A stretch of 64,000 nucleotides of DNA from Candidatus Omnitrophota bacterium (GCA_022703585.1 JAKLDJ010000003.1:142250-206249); one strand, 5' to 3'; counted from the first letter of the stretch, positions 48,405-59,264 are shown. Made by a program: numbers and translations. The notes: generated by a model not told the origin, from the sequence alone.

Positions 48405-50132
48405 ATGTTTTCCCTTAAAGAGCGCCTAAAAGAGATCCTGATCCGGGATAATATAATCAAACAAGAAGACCTTGACCGCGCCCTTGAAGAACAAAAGCTG
48501 CGAGGTGGAGAGCTTAGTAAAATCCTGGTTAAGATGGGCCTCATCAACGAGGAGGAGCTCACGCTTTTGTTAAGCCAGGGCTTGGGGATGCCGCCGATTG
48601 ATATTTCACGTTTTAAAATTGACCCCGAAGTCGTAAAAATTATTCCCTCCGAAATCGCTGTTCATTATCAAATTATACCCATTTCAAAAATCGGCGATAG
48701 TCTGACCCTGGCGATGGCCGATCCTCTTAATATATTCGCGATTGACAATGTTAAAGCTCTGACTGGCCTTGAAATCAATCCTATCATCGGCAACTCCCAG
48801 GATATTTTGCAGGCAATCGATACCTACTATACGGTTGATGCGCATGCCAAGTTCGAAGAAATTATTAAAGATATCGGAGATACGGAGGATCTCGAACTAA
48901 TTAAGGACGGGGGAACGGATTTAGGCAGAGAAGACCTTGAGAATCTTACCCAGGAAGCCCCGGTTATAAAACTGACCGATGCGGTTATCAAACAGGCGAT
49001 TGCGGCTAAGGCGAGTGACATCTTTATCGAACCTTTGGAGAAATCTGTACGGATCCGATACCGTGTTGATGGCATTATCCAGGAGGTGGACCGGGTTTCA
49101 AAATTCTTTCACTCTCCGGTCATTTCCAGGATAAAAATTATGTCCAATCTTGATATTTCCGAACACCGCCTGCCGCAGGACGGTAGATTTAAAATTCGGC
49201 TTGAGAACGGCCAGGAGGTTGATTTTCGCGTGAATGTCCTGCCGTCGATTATCGGAGAGAAGGCGGTCTTAAGAGTTTTGGATAAAACTTCTGCCATGCT
49301 GGATATCGCAAAACTTGGTTTTAGCGAAAATTACTTGAATATATTGAAACAGTGCTCTACGAAACCCCACGGTATGATTCTCACCTGCGGCCCGACGGGT
49401 TCAGGCAAGACCACGACTCTCTATTCGATTCTTAAATTCATCGATTCTCCCGAAAAGAATATTGTTACCGTTGAAGACCCCGTCGAGTATGAGATGAAAG
49501 GCATTAGCCAGGTTAACGTACGCCCCGAGGTTGGCTTGACGTTTTCGGCGAGTTTGCGTTCTATTTTGCGCCAAGACCCGGACGTTATTCTCATTGGCGA
49601 AATCCGTGATTTCGAAACGCTGGACATCGCGGTTAAATCTGCCTTGACAGGACATCTGGTTCTAAGTTCGTTGCACACGACGACCTCCGCTGGTTCGGTT
49701 ATCCGCATGATGAATATGGGTGTGGAACCTTTTCTGATTTGTTCTTCTGTTCTCGCGATTGTTGCCCAAAGACTTTTGCGTAAAATCTGCAGCAATTGTA
49801 TCGAGGCCTATCCTATGCCCGAGGTTTTAGTTAAGAAGGTCGGATTTGACCGCCTATTTCCCGGCAAAGAACCGAAAATATTCCGGGGCAGAGGCTGCAA
49901 GATATGTTCAAATAAAGGCTACAGCGGCCGGGTAAGTATTGCTGAAATTCTGGTTTTGGCAAATTCAGTCAAAGATTTGGTAATGAGCAGGGCAGGGGAG
50001 TATCGCATTAAAGAGGCAGGTCGCAAGGAAGGCATGATTACAATGAGGGAAGACGGCCTGATGAAAGTCAAAGAAGGCTTAACTACCCTGGAAGAAGTTT
50101 TGAGGGTTACTGCCCCCGACGAATCTATGTAG
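48405..50132 (+). CDS. pilB: type IV pilus assembly ATPase, PilB/GspE family, with an N-terminal MshEN-like domain
   Basis: N-terminal RLKEILIRDNIIKQEDLDRALEEQ; Walker A GPTGSGKTTTLYS; C-terminal tetracysteine CSNC...CKIC. Confidence 0.85.
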   Translation: MFSLKERLKEILIRDNIIKQEDLDRALEEQKLRGGELSKILVKMGLINEEELTLLLSQGLGMPPIDISRFKIDPEVVKIIPSEIAVHYQIIPISKIGDSLTLAMADPLNIFAIDNVKALTGLEINPIIGNSQDILQAIDTYYTVDAHAKFEEIIKDIGDTEDLELIKDGGTDLGREDLENLTQEAPVIKLTDAVIKQAIAAKASDIFIEPLEKSVRIRYRVDGIIQEVDRVSKFFHSPVISRIKIMSNLDISEHRLPQDGRFKIRLENGQEVDFRVNVLPSIIGEKAVLRVLDKTSAMLDIAKLGFSENYLNILKQCSTKPHGMILTCGPTGSGKTTTLYSILKFIDSPEKNIVTVEDPVEYEMKGISQVNVRPEVGLTFSASLRSILRQDPDVILIGEIRDFETLDIAVKSALTGHLVLSSLHTTTSAGSVIRMMNMGVEPFLICSSVLAIVAQRLLRKICSNCIEAYPMPEVLVKKVGFDRLFPGKEPKIFRGRGCKICSNKGYSGRVSIAEILVLANSVKDLVMSRAGEYRIKEAGRKEGMITMREDGLMKVKEGLTTLEEVLRVTAPDESM

Positions 50133-50140
50133 GTTGTTCT

Positions 50141-51853
50141 ATGGCTAAGACTTTAAAAGAGAGAATCATCGATGCCCTTATTGAACTTAAGCATATAAAA
50201 AGGGAAGATCTCGACGTTGCCCTTCAGCTCCAGAAGACCAAAGGCATCGGCTTGGACGCGGCCCTCATCGAGAAGGGGTTGATTAGCGAGCAAGAATTAT
50301 TGATTCTCCTGGTCAAGGAGCTTAATATCCCGCCTATTAATCTTGCCAAGTATAAAGTAGAGCCCCACCTTAAAGAAATTGTTCCCGAACGTATCGCGCG
50401 GCAATACCATGTCTTGCCTGTTTCCGAATTAGGGCACACAATCACGGTGGCCTTATCTGATCCTTTAAATATTTTTGCCATTGATGATCTAAAAAGTATT
50501 ACCGGCAGGGATATCGACTTGACGATTACCACCGACTCCGAAATTATGCGCGCCATTGATAATTATTACGGGCTGAAGAATCAAACCAGTGTTGCGGAAG
50601 CTGCCAAAAACATGCCCGATGATGAGACGGGAGCACTCGAGGTTATCCAGGAAACGGAGATGATCACAGATATGTCCACCGACGACGGCGAAGAAGCGCC
50701 GATTGTCCGGATGGTCGATCTTATCATCAAGGAGGCCTTGAAACAGCGATCCTCGGATATTCACATGGAGCCGACCACCGATAAAATGCGCATTCGATAC
50801 CGCATCGACGGCATTCTCCAGGATGTATTGACTGTTCCCAAGGCAAATCAGAATGCGGTGGTTGTCAGAATAAAAATCATGTCGCACTTGGACATTACCG
50901 AGACGCGTGTCCCTCAGGACGGCCGGTTCAAAATGAGATTAGCTAATAAGGAAGTGGATTTTCGTGTTTCCTCGTTGCCGACGACTTATGGCGAAAAGAT
51001 TGTTATGCGTATTCTGGATAAGGAAAGTTTATCAATCGGCTTAGACGGCTTGGGGTTTTTTCAAGACCAGATGGAAATCTTTAAAGAATCGATTTCAAAA
51101 CCTTTCGGCATGATTTTAGTGACAGGCCCGACGGGAAGCGGTAAATCAACCACCCTGTATTCCATTATTAATCAGCTCAATACCGTTGAAAGAAATATTA
51201 TTACGATTGAGGATCCGGTCGAGTATCTTATTGACGGCCTGACTCAGATACAGTCGAAGGCGGAGATTGGCCTCACCTTTGCCGCGGGTCTGCGGGCCAG
51301 CTTAAGACAAAGCCCCGACGTGGTTATGGTGGGAGAAATCCGTGATTCCGAGACAGCGGATATTGCCATCAAGGCTTCTTTGACCGGGCAGCTGGTTTTT
51401 TCTACGCTGCATACCAATGATGCTGCCGGGGCCTTGACGCGTTTGGTCGATATGGGGATTGAGCCTTTCTTGGCAGCCTCCAGTTTGGTTATGGTCTGTG
51501 CCCAGCGGTTATGCCGTCGTATTTGCGCAAAATGTAAAGAACCTGTTAAAATTCCCGAGCGGGTATTAAAAGAGATGAAATACAAGGGGGATCCCGACAC
51601 CGTTTTTTACCACGGAAAAGGGTGTGCTGCCTGTCGAAATACCGGTTACAAAGGACGCATGGGCATTGTGGAACTTCTGGTTATCGATGATGCTATCCGG
51701 GGGATGCTTATTAACGGTGCGTCTTCTCATGAGATTAAAAAATATGCCATGGAGCAGAATCATATGGCGACACTTTGGGATGACGCTTTAAGAAAGTTCA
51801 ATCTTGGCCTCACGACCCTGGAAGAGGTTTTAAGGGTAACTTCTTCGGAGTAG
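50141..51853 (+). CDS. second PilB/GspE-family ATPase (paralog; has the N-terminal domain, so not PilT)
   Basis: 570 aa; LKERIIDALIELKHIKREDLDVALQLQ, Walker A GPTGSGKSTTLYS, tetracysteine CAKC...CAAC. Confidence 0.8.
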   Translation: MAKTLKERIIDALIELKHIKREDLDVALQLQKTKGIGLDAALIEKGLISEQELLILLVKELNIPPINLAKYKVEPHLKEIVPERIARQYHVLPVSELGHTITVALSDPLNIFAIDDLKSITGRDIDLTITTDSEIMRAIDNYYGLKNQTSVAEAAKNMPDDETGALEVIQETEMITDMSTDDGEEAPIVRMVDLIIKEALKQRSSDIHMEPTTDKMRIRYRIDGILQDVLTVPKANQNAVVVRIKIMSHLDITETRVPQDGRFKMRLANKEVDFRVSSLPTTYGEKIVMRILDKESLSIGLDGLGFFQDQMEIFKESISKPFGMILVTGPTGSGKSTTLYSIINQLNTVERNIITIEDPVEYLIDGLTQIQSKAEIGLTFAAGLRASLRQSPDVVMVGEIRDSETADIAIKASLTGQLVFSTLHTNDAAGALTRLVDMGIEPFLAASSLVMVCAQRLCRRICAKCKEPVKIPERVLKEMKYKGDPDTVFYHGKGCAACRNTGYKGRMGIVELLVIDDAIRGMLINGASSHEIKKYAMEQNHMATLWDDALRKFNLGLTTLEEVLRVTSSE

Positions 51854-52085
51854 AGAGCATTTGTTTCTCAAAATTCTCGGCATTGCCGCGAAATTGTTTC
51901 ATTCCGGAATTCGGAAAAATAACGGGAACGATGTAGTGCTTGATATTATCGATGTTTTAGGTAAAATAAAGGATAAGTGTTAACCAGCTGTTAAAGGGCT
52001 TTGTGTCGGTGGCGTTGATGATGGGTAGTATGCCTTCTGCGGCTGTCGAAAGATGATTTTAAAGAAGTAAACAAAGGAGATTTTT

Positions 52086-52547
52086 ATGGCTTTTTCGAGA
52101 AGGGATCTTATTTCTAAAAAGCAACTTATGGGGCAGATATTGATTAAGCGTAATCTTATCACGGCGGATCAATTGAAAGAGGCCTTAGAGATACAGAAAA
52201 AAGAAAATGGATTTGTCGGTGAGATCTTGACCAGGCTTGGCTATGTTACGGAGAGAGATATCGTGGTTGCGTTGATCGTGCAATGCGGTTTTCCTTACAT
52301 TGCTGTGAATAAATACGAGATTGATGCTAAGGTTATTCAGTTGATTGACGAAGAAACTGCCCGGAAATATCACGTAATTCCCTTAGACCGGGTTGGTGAT
52401 GTTTTAAGCGTGGTGATGGCGAATCCCTTGGATTTGGCGATGATTGAAGAATTGGAGCAGCTGACGAAATGTAAAATTGCGACGTTTATCGCTACTAAAG
52501 CGGAAATTGATGAAGCGATTGCGATACGGTATAAGTCCAAGAAATAG
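52086..52547 (+). CDS. second standalone GspE-N (T2SSE_N / MshEN-like) domain protein
   Basis: 153 aa; LMGQILIKRNLITADQLKEALEIQ; same architecture as 47906..48355. Confidence 0.6.
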   Translation: MAFSRRDLISKKQLMGQILIKRNLITADQLKEALEIQKKENGFVGEILTRLGYVTERDIVVALIVQCGFPYIAVNKYEIDAKVIQLIDEETARKYHVIPLDRVGDVLSVVMANPLDLAMIEELEQLTKCKIATFIATKAEIDEAIAIRYKSKK

Positions 52548-52694
52548 GATTGGGGAACATTTATTCCGGTCGGGGAAGAGAAATATTTGGGATTTTTGTG
52601 GATGGCGCGGAAAGAGAGATTCGCCGGAGAATGAGGAAAAGTTTTTGTGCAGAACTGTATTTCTTTATAAAAGTCCAGTAAAGGAGAAGTAATA

Positions 52695-53903
52695 ATGGCG
52701 ACATTTCGGTATGTTGCGAAAGACCAGAATGCAAAAACTCTCAATGGCAAAATCGTGGCCGAGAGCCAGGCGGCTGTTGTCGATGAGTTAAGAAAAAGAA
52801 AATTGATCATTATTTCTGTCGCGGAAGTTAGAGAGTCCAGTTTTAAAGGGATGTCTTTCGGCGGGAAGAGGGTGAAAGAGGATGACCTTGTTATTTTTGC
52901 CAGACAGCTCTCCACCCTGGTTGATTCGGGCGTTCCTTTACTGCAAGGTTTGGACGCGCTAGAAGAGCAAATCACGCATCCGTATTTCAAAAGTGTCATC
53001 GGCAATGTCAAAGACGATATTGAGGTCGGCAGCAGTCTTTCGGGGGCCCTCGCGAAACATCCCAATGTCTTTGATGTCCTTTTTGTCAATATGGTTAGAG
53101 CGGGCGAAGCCGGAGGTATGTTGAGTGCTATCCTCGACAGAGTCGCGAGTTATAAAGAAAAAAGTTTAAAGTTGAAACGTAAAGTAAAAGCGGCCATGGT
53201 TTATCCCATTGTTGTTATTTTCATGGCCATGGCCATTACCCTGTTTCTCCTGGTGACGGTTGTTCCTACTTTTTCGGCGATTTTCGAGTCTTTAGGTACC
53301 GATTTGCCTCTTCCCACCCAGATACTTCTCGCAGTGAGCGGAGGGTTAAGAAAGTGGTTTCTTCTCTACGCCGTTGCAGGGGTTGCCCTGGGCTTTGGTT
53401 TTGTTCTCTATAAACAGACGGATGCGGGTGAGGTGAGAATCGATAAAATAAAATTAAAATTACCCGTTGTCGGTGAATTGATACGCAAAGTGGCCGTGAG
53501 CCGATTCAGCCGGACCCTTGCAACTTTAACCCAGAGCGGCGTTCCCATCTTGGCGTCTTTAGACATTGTTGGTAAGACGTGCGGCAACAGGGTTTTGGAA
53601 ATTGCCGTCAACAACGTCAAGAATAATGTCAGAGAAGGGGAGAGTATTGCTCCGACCTTAGCCAAGAGCGGTGTCTTTCCGGTTATGGTAACCAGGATGA
53701 TTTCCGTCGGAGAGAAAACGGGCGAAATGGAAAAGATGCTTTCGAAAATAGCCGATTTCTACGATGACCAGGTTGATGCAGCTGTTGCGGGCTTGACCAG
53801 CGTTATCGAACCCGTTATTATCGGATTTCTCGGTGTAGTTGTCGGCGGCATTGTCATATCTTTGTTCATGCCGATTTTAACTATCGTAACCAAGATTAAA
53901 TAG
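52695..53903 (+). CDS. pilC: type IV pilus inner-membrane platform protein PilC (GspF family)
   Basis: 402 aa, two T2SS-F repeats, three TM helices. Confidence 0.9.
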   Translation: MATFRYVAKDQNAKTLNGKIVAESQAAVVDELRKRKLIIISVAEVRESSFKGMSFGGKRVKEDDLVIFARQLSTLVDSGVPLLQGLDALEEQITHPYFKSVIGNVKDDIEVGSSLSGALAKHPNVFDVLFVNMVRAGEAGGMLSAILDRVASYKEKSLKLKRKVKAAMVYPIVVIFMAMAITLFLLVTVVPTFSAIFESLGTDLPLPTQILLAVSGGLRKWFLLYAVAGVALGFGFVLYKQTDAGEVRIDKIKLKLPVVGELIRKVAVSRFSRTLATLTQSGVPILASLDIVGKTCGNRVLEIAVNNVKNNVREGESIAPTLAKSGVFPVMVTRMISVGEKTGEMEKMLSKIADFYDDQVDAAVAGLTSVIEPVIIGFLGVVVGGIVISLFMPILTIVTKIK

Positions 53904-53964
53904 GTGGCGTGGACTAATATTCATCGCTTAAATTTAGCTGAATTGGAATAGCGAAAGAATCCTA

Positions 53965-54414
53965 ATGAAGTCATCAGCGTTTACGATGGTTGAGCTTTTG
54001 ATTACGGTTTCTGTTGCCATTCTGGTTATCGGCGGTATCATGATTTTGTTTATTAACGGTATCGCGCTTGACGAGTACAGCCAAGAATTGGCAACGGCGA
54101 TGAATCTCGCGCGGGCTAAAATTGAAAACAATATCGCTATTCAGCATTCTGATTTTGACTCTATCCTGGATGCGAGTGGCACCCTTTCTCCTTCGACGGA
54201 TGGCATTAATGGTTTGTATTATGTTGGTGTAGCTCCCGTTGATACGGCTGACCTGGATACGGCTGATTTGAAAATTGTCCGGGTATGGGTTTGTTGGCGC
54301 AGCAGAGGCGGGAAAATTATCGGCGAATGCACAGATACCAACGGTACCCTCCAGTGGAAAGCTGATTTCAGTAGTTCCCCCTGCCTTCTTGAAACGGCAA
54401 TTGCCAGAAGATAA
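53965..54414 (+). CDS. prepilin-type N-terminal cleavage/methylation domain protein (minor pilin/pseudopilin)
   Basis: N-terminus SAFTMVELLITVSVAILVIGG. Confidence 0.65.
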   Translation: MKSSAFTMVELLITVSVAILVIGGIMILFINGIALDEYSQELATAMNLARAKIENNIAIQHSDFDSILDASGTLSPSTDGINGLYYVGVAPVDTADLDTADLKIVRVWVCWRSRGGKIIGECTDTNGTLQWKADFSSSPCLLETAIARR

Positions 54415-54553
54415 GCACAATTCCTACTTGTATTCCAGCGGTAGCCTCGAAAAAAAAGTAAAAAAAACCCCCCTTTGGTTCTCTTTTATATTAAAATAAA
54501 AAAGAGTAGTTAATTATCTTTTTAAAAACAGGGTATTTTAACGCATTCCTCAT

Positions 54554-55213
54554 ATGCCTCAAATCAATCTTTTGGCACAGCCTGCAAAAAAGAAGAAAGA
54601 AATAGCGGTTAAGCCTACTTTTGCGTCGGATTCAAAAGCTGATATTTCCGATGTTAAGCCGGTGCTTATCTTCCGGTGTTCTATATGCTTGGGGATTATT
54701 TTTCTGATTTGGCTGCCCTTGTTCATCAATATTTTCCTAAAAGAGGGTCGTCTTAAAAAGCTGACGCAAGAGGTTGGCTCCCTATCGACCAGTCCTGAGG
54801 AGATGGATAAAATAAAAAAAGAGAAGGTGGGCCTTGAGAAGAAAATTGCGCTTATCACAGAATTGTCTTCGAGGGATTTTTTATGGCACAGGAAACTTGA
54901 TCTCCTGGCCGATCTTATTCCCAGCGGTATTTGGCTCACGGATATTTATACGAAAAAAGAGGCGGGTTCTTCACGGCTGAACCCCAAGACAGGCGGTACC
55001 ACCGAAAAGGTCTTTCTTGTCGTCAGAGGAACAGCCGTGGCGAGCAGGATCGAGGACGCGGTGCTTCTTGTAAAGAATTTTGTTGAGAATGTAAAGAGCA
55101 ATAAGGAATTCTCAAAGGATTTTGCCGAGATAACGTCCAGCAATATCGCTAAAAGCACGTTTGGCGGTTTGGATGTTATGAGATTTGACTTGTTATGCGA
55201 GGCAGTCCGATAG
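54554..55213 (+). CDS. pilN: type IV pilus assembly protein PilN
   Basis: MPQINLL N-terminus, single TM, coiled coil; followed by pilO-pilP-pilQ. Confidence 0.7.
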   Translation: MPQINLLAQPAKKKKEIAVKPTFASDSKADISDVKPVLIFRCSICLGIIFLIWLPLFINIFLKEGRLKKLTQEVGSLSTSPEEMDKIKKEKVGLEKKIALITELSSRDFLWHRKLDLLADLIPSGIWLTDIYTKKEAGSSRLNPKTGGTTEKVFLVVRGTAVASRIEDAVLLVKNFVENVKSNKEFSKDFAEITSSNIAKSTFGGLDVMRFDLLCEAVR

Positions 55214-55220
55214 ACCAGAT

Positions 55221-55820
55221 ATGATAAAACGACCACAAAAAGCTTCCGAGCCTACAGATGTCTTTATTAATTTAGCGGTGAAATACTCACCTCTTTGGCT
55301 CCCGGGCGTCCTTTTCGTTGCCCTGACGATGTTTTTTATTTGGCCGTCCTTTCGTACGCTTTTGACCTTGTCCCGCGATATTCAGGAAAAAGAAAATATT
55401 GTTACCAGTGTTACCCGTAATAGCGCAGATTTTAGCAGGACAAAGGCACAGATTCGGGATCTTCTTAAGAAAGCGACGGAGCTGGAAGGGAAGATGCCGA
55501 CGAGAACCAACACAAACCTGATTTTTGATACATTACAGGAAATTACCAAGCGGTCCAAACTGAAGTTTTCTTCCCTGGATCCCCTCCCCATAAAGAAGCA
55601 CACCCTGGAACAGACAAATGATTTATTTATTGAATTGCCGGTCAGGGTCAGGCTGAACTGCGGCTATTATGATTTGATCGATTTCCTGGGAAAGATAGAA
55701 ACGGCAGACCAGCTCATGAAAATTACGGATTTAAGCATTAAGGATGACCCAGGCCAGGAATGGGATCATGCCATTGAGCTCTCCATTAGCGCTTTTTCGA
55801 GGGAAAAGGCCAATGATTAA
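55221..55820 (+). CDS. pilO: type IV pilus assembly protein PilO (start taken at ATG 55221)
   Basis: TM helix plus coiled coil plus C-terminal domain; position between pilN and pilP. Confidence 0.6.
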   Translation: MIKRPQKASEPTDVFINLAVKYSPLWLPGVLFVALTMFFIWPSFRTLLTLSRDIQEKENIVTSVTRNSADFSRTKAQIRDLLKKATELEGKMPTRTNTNLIFDTLQEITKRSKLKFSSLDPLPIKKHTLEQTNDLFIELPVRVRLNCGYYDLIDFLGKIETADQLMKITDLSIKDDPGQEWDHAIELSISAFSREKAND

Positions 55821-56223
55821 TACGCTAAAGAGAAGATTTTATTTGGCAGGCGGATGTTTTGCTCTGGGGTTCGTATTTCTTTTCTCTGTTGCCGGAGTTG
55901 GCCTTGCCGAAAATGTCACAAATTCATTGCAGGGAAAAAAAAGAGATCCATTTGTTGCGTTAGTCAATTCTAATGGTACTATAAAAAGAGACAGCGAATT
56001 ATTTCCTGCTCCCAAGCTTAGTGCGGCTTTGATGGATATTGTTCTTAAAGCGATTATCTGGGATGAAAAGAGGCCTTTAGCCATGATTAATACTAAGGTC
56101 TACTCGGAAGGCATGGAAATAACGCAGGGATTGAAGGTAGAAAAGATTTATCCCAACAGCGTTTTATTAAATGACAACGGGAATCCGATTACGATCCAAT
56201 TACGAAAGACCGTTAAAAGATGA
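55813..56223 (+). CDS. pilP: type IV pilus assembly lipoprotein PilP (start taken at ATG 55813)
   Basis: Lipobox-like LAGGC, KRDPF motif, C-terminal beta domain; immediately upstream of the secretin. Confidence 0.6.
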   Translation: MINTLKRRFYLAGGCFALGFVFLFSVAGVGLAENVTNSLQGKKRDPFVALVNSNGTIKRDSELFPAPKLSAALMDIVLKAIIWDEKRPLAMINTKVYSEGMEITQGLKVEKIYPNSVLLNDNGNPITIQLRKTVKR

Positions 56224-57818
56224 GTAAAGATTCAAGGAAAATACTTCTTTTATTTCTCTGTTTCTTCTCGGGAGTATTTCTATTTCTCTTAGGGCCGTTA
56301 TGGGCGCAAGAGGCATCCGATTCCCCGCTTCAGGCTAGTGTGGCATCCCCGGAGAAAAAGGACTTTCTGGAGCCCGAAGAGACCCCGGCCGCCATGGTTA
56401 ATTCTGTCGGCGAAGAAGCACTTTCTTCTGAATCTGCGGTTTCGGAAGATGGCCTCGTTAGCGTTAATTTCGAGAATGTGGATATCCGCGATGTCGTACG
56501 AATTTTGGCGGAGAAGTCCCAAATGAATATGGTTGTGGGGCCGGAAGTTGCCGCCACCGTAAACCTGCAGCTTAATAATATTCCCTGGAAGAAGGCGCTG
56601 GATGTTATCCTGACGACCTATAATCTCACCTATAAGCGCGACGGGGATCTTATCAGAATTATGACCCTAGAACAACTCCAGACCGAAGACGAAAAGATTC
56701 CTTTATCGACAAAAATCATCACATTAAATTTTGCCAGGGCAGGCGAGGTTAAGAATAATTTTGGCAGTATGTTAAGCAGCCGGGGAAAGATTGAAGTCAA
56801 CGACAGGACGAATAGTATGATTATTACCGATCTTCCTGACCGGATCGCTAATATTGAAGAGATAGCCAATCGCCTGGATACCCGTACTCCCCAAGTTATG
56901 ATTGAGGCATTGATGGCTGATGTGGTTATCGCGCAGGACGACCAATTGGGCATTAATTGGCAATTAGATCAAGAGATGCACGGGCCGGATGTCTCCGGGC
57001 CCAAGCGATCGCTTGTTCAAAATCTCGGCGATCTCGGCCCTCCCGGCGGGATTATTACTTTTGGAACGACTCTGCTGACCGATAAGGATTTGCATGCTAC
57101 GATTGCAATGTATCAGCGGCAATCGCGGGTCAATATCCTGGCTCATCCGCAGATTCTGACACTTGACAACTTGCCGGCAAAGATCAATCTTACGGAAGAA
57201 ATTCCCTATACGCAGGTTACGCAAAGTACTGAGTCATCAAGCGCGATTTCTTCGGTTGCTTTTAAGTCCGCGGGCATCAACCTCCAGGTGACGCCGCATA
57301 TCACGACAAAAGATAATTATATTTATATGGCGATTAGCGTTAACCAGAGCTTTCGTTCCGGTTATGTTCCGGGCGGTACTCAACCGATTATTGACAGCAG
57401 AGCTGCCGAGACTAACTTGTTGGTCAAGAATAGGCAGACAGCGGTGATCGGGGGCTTGAGAAGAAAGAACGACTCCTTTGCGGTTAGCAAACTTCCCTTG
57501 CTTGGAGATATCCCGTTTTTCGGTGCCATTTTTCGGCAGAGAGTCGGGGGTTTAACCGATACGGATCTTTTGGTTTTTGTTACGCCGACCGTGGTGGAAG
57601 AGAGGCCGTTTACCCCTAAGGAAAACGATAGGCTGCAGTTATTTGAGGAAACTGAAAAAGATTGGGAAACAGAATTTAACCAGATGAAGAAAAAGAAGAT
57701 AACTCGAGGAACCGCGACGGCCTCCGAGCAAGAGACAAAAAACGCAGAAGCTAAAAAAGGGGAAGAAGGGAAGCCCGCGGATTATTTCTACCTTAGGCCG
57801 CCGTCACTAAACAACTAA
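56220..57818 (+). CDS. pilQ: type IV pilus secretin PilQ
   Basis: Signal peptide, N0/N1 domains, secretin C-domain (NLLVKNRQTAVIGGL, LPLLGDIPFFGAIF). Confidence 0.9.
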   Translation: MSKDSRKILLLFLCFFSGVFLFLLGPLWAQEASDSPLQASVASPEKKDFLEPEETPAAMVNSVGEEALSSESAVSEDGLVSVNFENVDIRDVVRILAEKSQMNMVVGPEVAATVNLQLNNIPWKKALDVILTTYNLTYKRDGDLIRIMTLEQLQTEDEKIPLSTKIITLNFARAGEVKNNFGSMLSSRGKIEVNDRTNSMIITDLPDRIANIEEIANRLDTRTPQVMIEALMADVVIAQDDQLGINWQLDQEMHGPDVSGPKRSLVQNLGDLGPPGGIITFGTTLLTDKDLHATIAMYQRQSRVNILAHPQILTLDNLPAKINLTEEIPYTQVTQSTESSSAISSVAFKSAGINLQVTPHITTKDNYIYMAISVNQSFRSGYVPGGTQPIIDSRAAETNLLVKNRQTAVIGGLRRKNDSFAVSKLPLLGDIPFFGAIFRQRVGGLTDTDLLVFVTPTVVEERPFTPKENDRLQLFEETEKDWETEFNQMKKKKITRGTATASEQETKNAEAKKGEEGKPADYFYLRPPSLNN

Positions 57819-57845
57819 TAAAATAACAAAAGAATCAGATAACCT

Positions 57846-59264
57846 ATGAGCAGACAATCGGCGAAAAAATGGTTGCGCTTGAAGTTGATGGGCACTGTGT
57901 TGACATGTGGAATTGTGCTCTTTTTTGGGCTTAGTTATGCCGAACCGGATTTATCAGGAAACGTCCCATCTGAAGAGACAATGACAGACGATGCCTGGTC
58001 GAAGAGCCTTGCGAATCTGAAAAAAAGCATGAGCGCTCTTCTTGAACAGAATAATCTTCTCTTGTCCGAGAATGACCTCTTAAGAAAGAAAGTCGTAGAG
58101 TTGCAGGGCCAGCTTAAAAATCTTAAGACTGAACAGGAGAGTTTGTCAAAAGAGCCTGCGAGGTTGAGCGGTGTGTTGGCAGAGAAAACTGCGAAGGTAC
58201 CGAACCTAGAAAGAGACTTGCGGGATTTAAGGCAGAAGATTGACCGGTTGACAAAAGACAAAAATGATCTCAATGATCAGATTGCTCAAAAGAACGCAAA
58301 ACAAAAACTGCTGGAAAGCCAGGTAAAAGATTTCAAGATTCAAGCGGATCGCCTGGAGCAGGAAGTTAAATCGTCTAAAGAGAAAAACCGTGGGGTGCTG
58401 AAGAATCTTGAGGCGGAAAAAGACAGGCTTAATAAGCTTTTGACCGAAGCGAAGGCCAAGCAGGAAAAAGCCGAAAAAGACCTTGCCCAGAATGCCCAGC
58501 GGCTTTCAAAACCGGCTGATCAGCGGCAATCGCTAGATCAGGAACAAAAAAACCTGCAGCGAGAAATTGATCGGCTTAAAAATGATTTAGAAAATGCCGT
58601 TAAGGCAAAACAGAAGGTGGAAGAGGAAGGCGGGAATTTCACGCGAGATGCCAAGAAAGATTTGGAGAAGTTAAACGGAGAGATAGAGGCATTGAAGCGC
58701 CGCAATAAAGAATTGGAAAAGGAAAACAGAGAAACGGTTGTTTCTTCTGCTGACTCGAGCGGCAAAGAAAAAGGAATCAAAAGGGAGATCGCTTCTCTTC
58801 AGAAGGAGAATAATTCCCTCAAGAAGGAAGCGTCAACTCTCATGGAGCGAATCGTTAAGCTTAACCGCGAAAAGGCTATGGTGGAATCGCTTCTCGAGGG
58901 GCAGGCCAAAATTAAACCGCCCAGAAAAACGGTCGCCGCGGGTTCCGAGTCTTCCAAGGGAAGCGATTATGAATTGTTGGGATATCAATTGGCCGCTAAA
59001 GGCGAGTTTCAGAAGGCGATAGAGCAGTACGCCCTGGCATTGAAATCCAGCCCCCGGAAAAAGGATATTTATTATAATCTCGGTTTTATATATTCCAGGA
59101 TGGAGCAATATGATCAGGCGATCGAGAACTATAAGAAGGTCTTAAAGATTGATCCGAACGACAAGGAAGCAAATTATAATTTATCCCAGCTTTACAAAAA
59201 GATTTCGGACGTTAAAACCTCCCAGTATTATTACGACCGGTTTTTAAAATTGCAGGGAAAATAG
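57846..59264 (+). CDS. signal-anchored long coiled-coil protein with C-terminal TPR repeats (putative pilus-associated scaffold)
   Basis: N-terminal hydrophobic segment, about 300-residue coiled coil, three TPR motifs at the C-terminus; located between pilQ and pilM. Confidence 0.5.
   Translation: MSRQSAKKWLRLKLMGTVLTCGIVLFFGLSYAEPDLSGNVPSEETMTDDAWSKSLANLKKSMSALLEQNNLLLSENDLLRKKVVELQGQLKNLKTEQESLSKEPARLSGVLAEKTAKVPNLERDLRDLRQKIDRLTKDKNDLNDQIAQKNAKQKLLESQVKDFKIQADRLEQEVKSSKEKNRGVLKNLEAEKDRLNKLLTEAKAKQEKAEKDLAQNAQRLSKPADQRQSLDQEQKNLQREIDRLKNDLENAVKAKQKVEEEGGNFTRDAKKDLEKLNGEIEALKRRNKELEKENRETVVSSADSSGKEKGIKREIASLQKENNSLKKEASTLMERIVKLNREKAMVESLLEGQAKIKPPRKTVAAGSESSKGSDYELLGYQLAAKGEFQKAIEQYALALKSSPRKKDIYYNLGFIYSRMEQYDQAIENYKKVLKIDPNDKEANYNLSQLYKKISDVKTSQYYYDRFLKLQGK

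Noticed and set aside
52370-53089. 239-aa ORF on the minus strand
   Set aside because: It is entirely antisense to pilC and the MshEN-like gene, Ser/Thr/Cys-rich, with no motif. It is a classic shadow ORF of strongly coding + strand DNA.
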